A DNA stretch of 64,000 nucleotides from Octopus bimaculoides (Eukaryota): the NCBI RefSeq assembly GCF_001194135.2, contig NC_069005.1:33803874-33867873 (forward strand). Reading direction: 5' to 3'. Positions 55,226 through 64,000 of the stretch are shown here, one piece after another. The notes under the pieces were generated by a model. It saw nothing but the letters and a program-made list of their open reading frames with translations, searched no databases and was not told where the DNA came from. The position numbers were made by a program, and so were the translations under genes. How positions within the stretch are numbered: position 1 is the stretch's first letter; every line of letters starts with the position of its first letter.

Positions 55226-55270
<45 letters not shown>

Positions 55271-55781
55271 TTGTGTGTGTATGGGTGTGTGTGTTTGCGT
55301 GACACACTCACATATGCATGTATATATATGTGTGTGTGTGTGTATGTGATCAGATTGATTGATGGAAGGACGGAATGATGGCTACACGCTCATTCTTTTC
55401 ATGATTCTCATTGTTGTCGTTGTTGTTTAGCCTCATATCAAGCCTGATTGATTAAGCAAACGTATGTACAAAGGCCTTCCAGCTGTGACCATCCTGTATT
55501 TTTACAGAAACATGGAAATAGTGTCCCAATTAACATCACACATCCATTCTCTGTCGTCCTTTCTCTCTCTCTCTCTCTCTCGCCTTATTCTTGATCAACC
55601 CTCACACAAATACTCTATTTAGGTAACACGATTAGAAGTGTTTGTGAAACTAATGTTTAAAGTAGTGTCCTAACTGTAGGATTGCTAAGGAAATGTGATT
55701 GCTATTAAGACTGGAATAGAGAGAGTGAATTAGTTTAATTAGATATTCAGATACTCAATTAGGTATTTAGATAGATATATA

Positions 55782-55882
<101 letters not shown>

Positions 55883-58800
55883 ACACACATATGTTCAAGA
55901 AAAGAGGGAAAGAATGAGAGATAGAGAGAAATAGATGAGTAGATAGATAGATAGATTTGCAAATAGATAGCTAGCTAGAATGAATTCCGAACCTAAAATG
56001 AATAATGATACGGCAAATGTTGTCTGTTCCCAAAAGCAGGCTATCGTACAAATTGAAAGCTTCACAAACCAGATGGTTGCCATTAACTGGCAGCTAGTTA
56101 TTTAAATAGTTAATTAGTTAATTAGTAAGTTAGTTATCGCTGAGTTAGATTGTAAAGTGCATAATGATACAGTAGTGCCGGAGTCTCGATGTATCAGTAA
56201 TCCACGTGATGCGAAATCATCCAATCGAGAGATCAAGCACCTGGAGAGATATAGGGAAGTTAACATACTGAGGCGCATTTTCATAAACCAAATTCAAAGA
56301 GTTCCATTAAACTATTATCGATACCGCTAATGGCAAAATTAAGATCTTATATTAACGTTCTTGAAGATCTATCCCGACCCAAACATCAGATGTCATCCCT
56401 TGCCTGAGCATTCTCAGGACACCTCTAGATAACTGAGATGTCCCATGGAGAAGAATTTTTCAGTCGAGGCCCTTTTTCCCTGGAGATAGTGATCTCTAAA
56501 TGATATAAAATAATGTGCCATTTCTTTTAAAGGACAACAGACTAGCTTGAGAGAAAATTGTGTACAATTTGTAGCACATCGAGAAAAGAGACAGACCTAA
56601 TTGTTTGTAGTGCTTGACGTAAGATTACATTATTATCCCACTCTGAAGGGCATCCCAGTCCGCTTCACGATTGGCTGCCTTCCAAAAGCTATTGCTGGTA
56701 CTAATCTAAAGGTGAATAGACTGGGGTCAGGTGAAATGCTAAAGGGACACACGCGACTCCTTGAACTGAGACTGAACATTTCAGTCAATGGTGGCCGGAG
56801 GCTAAATAGCAACAGTAACAACAACAACAACATGAGTATGGCATTCAATGTGAGTGTGTGTTTGTATTCACATCTATGTATGCGTGTGTGTGTGTTTGGA
56901 AGCATGGTATATTGTGAGAGTACGGGAGTTTCTGTGCATGTACTCTATTTTAGGGGCCGTATAAATTGGCCCCTACTGCTTGTGGTTACCAGGTAAGTTT
57001 GACGAATATTTACGAAAGGTAAGAGATTTTTTTACTGACAAATGAAAGCCTTTTTTCTCCCTTCTGCACGTATGCGTATATTTGTAATGTTATGCCTGTG
57101 TGCATGCTTGTGTATGTGTGTAAGTCATATTGAGTGTGCATGTGTGTGTGTGTGGTTATGTCTTTGAATGTATGAATGTGTGTGCATAAGCATGCAATCG
57201 GAAGCTTGTGGGAAAGTCGTATCGTGTATATGAGTATATTAAATACCTGTGTATGCGTGAGTGTGTGTGAGTGTTTGTATGTGAGTGTGTGCCTGTGTGA
57301 TCTGTCTGTCTTGAAGGAAGGAAGGAAGGATTGTAGTACAATTCCAGTCGGTCAGATTGACAAATATTGTGCTACGCAAACAGATTCCGTTCCGTCTTTG
57401 GTCTCCAAAACAACCAATCACAACACGTTTAATTATTAACAACACTGCTCTATATATCAACACGTAATGATAAACTAACTCTGTTTGTGGGTCTATAACT
57501 CGGTCAGATGCATAGACTTGTCTTCGGACAATTCATATATCTTAGACATTTTATACACAGATTTTCTCCGCCATATTCTGCTGTCTCTGTATATTCTACA
57601 CCCTAATTACGGATTGAGTTTTCGAAGTGGTTTGCCGTTCGGCTCATCGATCAATATAAAGCTTCGACAGGGAAATGATCCTCAGTACTGGATTATACTG
57701 AGATATACAATAATTTTGTGGACATAAAAAGAGGCGTCATAGTTTCAGTCCTATGCTAGGATTTCACCACTTGCTGAATACCCAAGAATGAAATTAATCA
57801 GCCAATTACCAAGTTATTAATTAAACTAGTCACTCAGAATTAGTCAATCCCATTTACTTAAACTTGTAGTAATCGGGATTAATGGCGTCTGTGTTCGAGA
57901 ATAGGTTAAAAGAGAACAACCTCACTGGTCAGATCTCAAAACAGGACGGAAACGAGTTCGGATGCCCCTTCATTTCTACACGCGGAAATATTGTACATAC
58001 AAACAAGATGTTTACATTTATCTATACATACAGTACTAGTTATAAATCTACACATATCTGGTGTAGTACAGCATAACCTGTGTATAGTTTATATAGGTTA
58101 GTCCGCCTTTTTGACTGCGGACAAGATTTTGAGTTTATCCCAAACAAAACCTGAGTCCTCTGTAGTGTAAGGAACTACGAAGTAAGTAAATAAGGGGGCG
58201 ACAAGTTCAGGAGATGAGTATCATAGACCAGAGGAAAACAAGACGACGGCTGCAGAGAGCGGACGTTCGAAGAAAGTAGCGATTAGAACCAAAGAACTTA
58301 TGAGTAACTGGAAGATCAACAGAGAAATGAGGCCTTGGTATATACCATTGTCAGAGTGCATCACTGGTGTTCTACCGCCTAATGTGTTACGAGATTCAAA
58401 AACTTTATACGGAATTGTCATTCTACACCCCACAAACACACAAGGGTTATTACGAAGTAGCTTAACGTTAACTTCAATTCATCTGTATATATAAATACAA
58501 CCTGAATAGACCTACATATGTTTCTAGAGCATCGGTTAGTAATCGTTGCAATTGCAACCTTACTGTAAGGACCAAAGCTTGATCCTCTGAAAAGGTTTCG
58601 GCGTGGAAGTTCGAATCATTTGAGCGCTTCTAAGTGTTTTCTGTTTGAGAATCTCTGGATCTCATCTCACTGGATTTCATATCGCTGCGTAGGCATGTGT
58701 GTACTCGTGTATATTTATATGTTAAGCGTCTATTTGTATGCATCTGTGTCTCTGTGTGTGTATGTTTCTGAATGTATGTGTTTGCCGTGATTGTACTCTT

Positions 58801-59362
58801 GATAGGATCGTACGACTGATGCAGCCGTGGGTGTACACATGACACTAGGAGTGTTTGTGAGCATATGAACAGACGGAAGTATATGTGAGAGAGCATGATG
58901 TTTTCTATATGTCTCTTTTGAGTTTTTGTCAGTGTGTGTGTGAACGGATCGATCTATTTTGAATGAGCGCGTCTATATTGGTGAAAGGATATTTCTATGC
59001 ATGAATGCATGCGCGTATGTATGCATGTAAGCATGTCTGTATGACAGTCTGAATGCATGGACGTACAACAAAGTTATTTGAGAGTGTGAGTCTACTTGCG
59101 TATGTATGTATGTATGTATATNNNNNNNNNNNNNNNNNNNNNNNNNNNNNNNNNNNNNNNNNNNNNNNNNNNNNNNNNNNNNNNNNNNNNNNNNNNNNNN
59201 NNNNNNNNNNNNNNNNNNNNNNNNNNNNNNNNNNNNNNNNNNNNNNNNNNNNNNNNNNNNNNNNNNNNNNNNNNNNNNNNNNNNNNNNNNNNNNNNNNNN
59301 NNNNNNNNNNNNNNNNNNNNNNNNNNNNNNNNNNNNNNNNNNNNNNNNNNNNNNNNNNNNNN

Positions 59363-59406
<44 letters not shown>

Positions 59407-60012
59407 CGTACGTATCTATATAATATATCTATCTCTCTATCTATTAATCTCTCTCTTTCTCTCTCTCTATCTATCTGTGTGTGTATATAGGAATGTGTGT
59501 GCGTGCCTATGTCTGTATGTGCAGGTGCGTGTGTAGGTGTGGTAATGAAAATACGCAGCTTCATCTGCGTTTACAGATGCTTCTAAATGTTTCGGTTGAT
59601 GATTATAAGCGCATGTGTGTGAATGTTTACATGTAAGTATGTGTGTATACGAGTATGTATGTGTATGAGTGTGTATGGATTGGTCTTCACAAAGACATAT
59701 TCACAGCTTGCGGCAATAATATTGCTGAACACAGCGTTGTTTTTATTGCACTTTATGGCTGTTATTCTGCGATTCTATTGCTGCTACTGCTGCCGGTGCT
59801 GCTGCTGCTGCTGCTGAGGTGATGATGGTGCTGGTGATGGCGTTGACTTTACAGCTACTGTACGGTTCCTGCTGCTGACCTCCGCTCCTGCTCCTGTTAC
59901 TGTTGTCGAAGGGATAATTGCATTTTGGTAACAATAAAATGATGGAGGGTGACCTCTAAAATCAAAGACGTGTATACATGCACTAATAAGAACATACAAT
60001 CATACACTCATA

Positions 60013-60305
60013 TACAAGATGCATTCCAGAAGATTTGAGACTTTTTCAATGAAAGCAATCATTAAAGAATTACGAAACTCTACGCTCCTTCGAATTAGCA
60101 TCTTCTGTCATTAATGCTTGGAGTTTAGCGTTCCGGCCACTTCGTGAATGGCCCTATGGACGTCCTCCAATGTGAAGGTGTTCAGGAGCCTTGTTACGGC
60201 TTCCTTCAGCTTAAAGAACAAAAGTTACACGAAGCAAGGTCAGGATTGTAGGATGAGTTAGGGATAGGTTTGATGCCCGTCTCTGTCTTACAGTTTACCA
60301 CTTGT
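60013..60305 (-). mobile_element. Mariner-like element 3' remnant (different subfamily from 32479-32712) with TIR
   Basis: Minus strand reads VVNCKTETGIKPIPNSSYNPDLASCNF (decayed PYSPDLAPCDF motif) and ..FTKWPER.. C-terminus with stops. A TIR-like TACAAGATGCATTCCAGAAGATTTGAGACTTT follows a TA. Confidence 0.7.
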
Positions 60306-60497
60306 GTCTCTAACAAAGTAGTATGTTAAGGGGTACTTGTCTATGGAATACTCAAACTGTTAACGAGTAATTTAATGAAGTGGTTGTCCACATGATCAAA
60401 CAGTTGGGCGCACAGCCATGGAAATCAATGGGGCAGACCATTTTCACACAAACACACACACACACACACACACAAACATACACACACACATATATAC

Positions 60498-60562
<65 letters not shown>

Positions 60563-60721
60563 CATACACACACAAACACACATATATACAAGGGGTGCAA
60601 AAGCAGGTATACAGTAAGTATACGTTATAATAATTCATTAAAATTATTAACACATTAAATTAATCAGCCTCATCTATCTCGCTAATATATGTATATAATG
60701 CATATATGTTATATAATTATA

Positions 60722-61015
60722 TAGTGAAGGAGCATGACTTAGTGGATAAGGTATTCATCTCACGATTGTGAGTTCGATTCCCAGCTGCGATTTATGACTT
60801 TGAGCAAGACCCTTTATTTCAAATTACTCCAGTCCAATCAATCATCTGTTGTACCTGTAATTCAAAAGGCTCAGCCTCGTAATATCCTGAGAACTATGTT
60901 AAAGATACGTGTGTTAGTGGAGTGCTCAGCCACATGCACGTTAATTTCCCGAGCAGACTGTTCCGTTGATCGGATCAACTGGAACACTCATCGTCGTAAC
61001 CGACGAAGTGCCACG
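60722..61015 (+). mobile_element. tRNA-derived SINE, near full length (11330-11560 family)
   Basis: A-box TGACTTAGTGG, B-box GAGTTCGATTCCC, core TTTGAGCAAGACCCTTTATTTC..CTCCAGTCCA. Confidence 0.7.
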
Positions 61016-61020
61016 TATAT

Positions 61021-61086
<66 letters not shown>

Positions 61087-62502
61087 AACAAATTTGAAAT
61101 AACTTCGAAAATGAGACGAAAGGAAAATATAAGAAATTGCCATGGGGTTAGGACGCCTAGTTGCTTCTCTAGGCCGGTCTGCAACAACACTACAGCAATG
61201 GTTAGCTTCGAATAAAGACATGACGATGAAAGCCGTGGAAGACATCATAGAAATAACATGGCTTCTGATTCTGGTTCGTCAGTCGTTCTTACAAATCGGG
61301 AGAAACCACTAATAGAACATTTTTATACCTGAACATGTGTTTGTTGCATTGAATATTGCCTCTAGAGAGCACAATGTTAGTGCTAGGTAAACTGACGTAA
61401 ACGTGATTCATATTGGACATTAGGCATAATTTATAGGAATTTATATATGCACTTATATCTATGGCACATATATATGTATATATATGTATGTATATGCGAG
61501 TATAAACGCACATACATGAATCAGCACGTGCATATATATATATATATCTATATATTACATCACAATTCGTACACAAAATGTTGTATATTGTAAAAGTCTC
61601 AGATGATTTCAATGTAGTTAACTCTGATCTTAGTGTGAAACGCTAGCAAATATAAATATATCATGTTATTTTTTTCACACACAAAAAATATAGATTTCCT
61701 CTCCATATTTAATATTTCACTATACATGAGAAAACAAGAATCCCGTACTCAGTGTTTAATTCATAGCGGTGCCATCGAACGCAAATTTATGTCAATTGTA
61801 TTAAAATTATTTTAAAGTTCTGGTTTGTGTTTGATATAAATAGCAATTGATATATTTTTCTTTCGTTTATAGAATACTTCTGAGTAATCACATTTCGATG
61901 AATTTTGAACTAGCTGTGAAACAAGTAAAGGCAACCTCCAACCTTTTCCCATGTCGGAAGAAAATAATAAGTAATTGTAACGTAATTGTGTGTGTGTGTT
62001 TTACAGATATATACACACTCACACAAACAAACTGCATGCATATGCATTCAAAGTAATACAAACATGCATAGTAAGCGTATATCAAGTCTCACTATTTGGA
62101 AAACGGCAACAGTTTGCAGGTGACTGGGTGGATGAATTCTAAGATAATTAAGGATTAGAAAATAAAGAATTCATATTGCATTCTGGAAGCTTTTACCCGC
62201 AGCCATCAGGATTAATTGACCTAATTGTTATTCCAACATTGTATCGATCTAATGGCAGAATCTGAAGCAATCTGATATTGTCACAATGTGTCGCAGGAAT
62301 ATTTCCACAATGCGTCGTATCAGATGCTTTAATCGTAAAGACTGAAAAAGTACGAATATATTCTCTTAGAAGACACACGCACACACACACACACACACGC
62401 ACGCACACACACACACACATGCACACACACACACACTCACTCACACACACACACACACACACACATATATGTATGTATGTATATATTTATATACATACAT
62501 AC

Positions 62503-63290
62503 AAGATAGGGCCACTGAGGAAGACGGTGCGCTAAATTCAGACAGAATCCAAGAGGATAAGTGAAGTACTAAATAAGCAGTTCCAGAGTGTCTTCACTTG
62601 TCCTCTGAGTAACGGACAAGTAGGCGAGCTTAAAGAGTTGCCCCACAATGTAGACCTACATGGAAAAAATGTAGCCATCGATTACATCGACATAAAAGAG
62701 GAAGATGTAATATCCGCCATTGATGAGATGATCTCAGACTCCGGAATGGTTCCAGATGGATTTCCGTTTGTTCTCCGAAACATATGCAAGAAAACTCTCG
62801 CAAAACCAAATCAGATACTTTTTCAGAGTTTCCTTTTATGTGGAAAACTTCTCAAACTGTTAAACGAGTGTGTCATATTCCCAATCCACAAACGAGGAAG
62901 CAGAGCAGATGCTAAAACCTACAGGCCTATCTCTCTGACTTCACATATTAGCAAGGTCGTAGAACGCATTGTCAGAAGGAGACAGACCACGTTCTTGGCA
63001 GTGAATAACTTGCTCACAAACACTGAACATGGTTTCCACCAGGAGAGGAGCTGCCTCACCCAGCTATTTCAGCATTATGATTGGGTACTGAAACAGCAGC
63101 TCAACCACTCAAATGTGGATGGGATTTATCTCGATTTTGCCAAGGCCTTTAACAAAATCGATTATAGGATGATATGTCACAAACTACGTGACCTTGGTAT
63201 CACTGGAAATCTGAAAGAGTGGCTGCACGACAGTTTAAAGGAGAGAATTCAGGTAGTTGCAACCAATGGTGCTCTGTCTGGGGAGAAATC
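62503..63290 (+). mobile_element. CR1/L2-like LINE ORF2 internal fragment (pre-RT region and RT subdomains 0-3), truncated at both ends
   Basis: KIGPL, then a frameshift to ISEVLNKQFQSVFT..PDGFP..IFPIHKRGSRADAKTYRPISLTSHISKVVERIV..EHGFHQERSCLTQL..IYLDFAKAFNKID..LGITG..W. The frame is open from 62536 but ends in GA-rich sequence before the YxDD motif. Confidence 0.9.
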
Positions 63291-63789
63291 AGTCTGCAGG
63301 GGAAAGAGAGAGAGAGAGGGAGAATGAGAGAGGAAAGAGGGAAAGAGAGGGAGAGAGAAAGAAAGTGAGGGAGAGAGAAAGGAGCAATTATGTCAAATTT
63401 TTTTAACTCAATGAACCTCAGGAATCGAGTGATGCCACTTCAAAGGTAAGTTAGAAACGACAAATGATATGAACCCGCGAAAGAAGAACGGACACCGAGA
63501 AATAGAGTAGGGCAGCGGTGATTGTGTGGTTGTGTGGTAAGTAGTTTGCTTCCCAAACGCATGGGAGACCAGCATGGTGTGGATGAGGGTGTCTACTTCA
63601 CGGCAGGAAACACAGATGAGGGCAGCAGCATCAAACTCCCTCATTCACCAAATGCCACATATCAGAAGAGGTTTCAAGTAATGGTGGAGCACAGCCAACA
63701 GTGGAGCCCCAGCATGACCACAACTTTAAAGATGAAAGACTTTAAAGAATAAAAGAATATGTATATGTATATATATATATATATATATA

Positions 63790-63920
63790 GAAAAATAAAG
63801 ACGAACACAGGTGTATGAACTACATGCAGGTGTAGTAGTTTGACGCGCGGGAAGAGTCTGTTACGTTTCGATCTTACGCTCTTCAGCAGAAAAGAATGAG
63901 AGAAAATAAACAGAGAGGGA
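63790..63920 (-). mobile_element. Hammerhead-like repeat, copy E
   Basis: Reverse complement of 63895-63857: TCTTTT-CTGCTGA-A-GAGC-GTAA-GATC-GAAA-CGTA-ACAGA. Confidence 0.7.
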
Positions 63921-64000
63921 ATAATATAAAAAAATCTTGTCGATTTAGCGGTCAAGCATGGCGACTGATTAGAAAAAGAAGTCTGAAAGTTGAACGAAAG

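Noticed and set aside
58221-58439. Minus ORF containing MHSDNG, resembling an integrase HSDNG motif
   Set aside because: A five-residue match only, with no other DDE or LTR context.

Overview
AT-rich, microsatellite-saturated eukaryotic DNA from a gappy short-read assembly, with N gaps mostly inside simple repeats. The SINE families and repeat landscape look like a coleoid cephalopod, probably Octopus (inference from recognition, not a search). Only one host coding exon is supportable: 41877-42830 (+), encoding S1-S6, the pore and a short C-tail of a divergent Shaw/Kv3-like voltage-gated K+ channel. Its T1-domain exon is not visible, so bases 1-41876 are probably one very large intron. The rest is degraded mobile DNA: tRNA-derived SINEs, RTE-, R4/Dong- and CR1-like LINE fragments, and Tc1 and mariner remnants. 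Almost all tracked ORFs are microsatellite artefacts. Two signals stand out. (1) The channel keeps an intact TVGYG filter but has a non-canonical S6 gate (TVP for PVP), a Phe at S4 R1 and an altered S4-S5 linker. (2) A ~170-200 bp non-coding repeat (5 copies, one tandem pair) carries a minimal hammerhead-ribozyme architecture, mostly with core substitutions, and a separate motif at 5331-5375 has a canonical hammerhead core.
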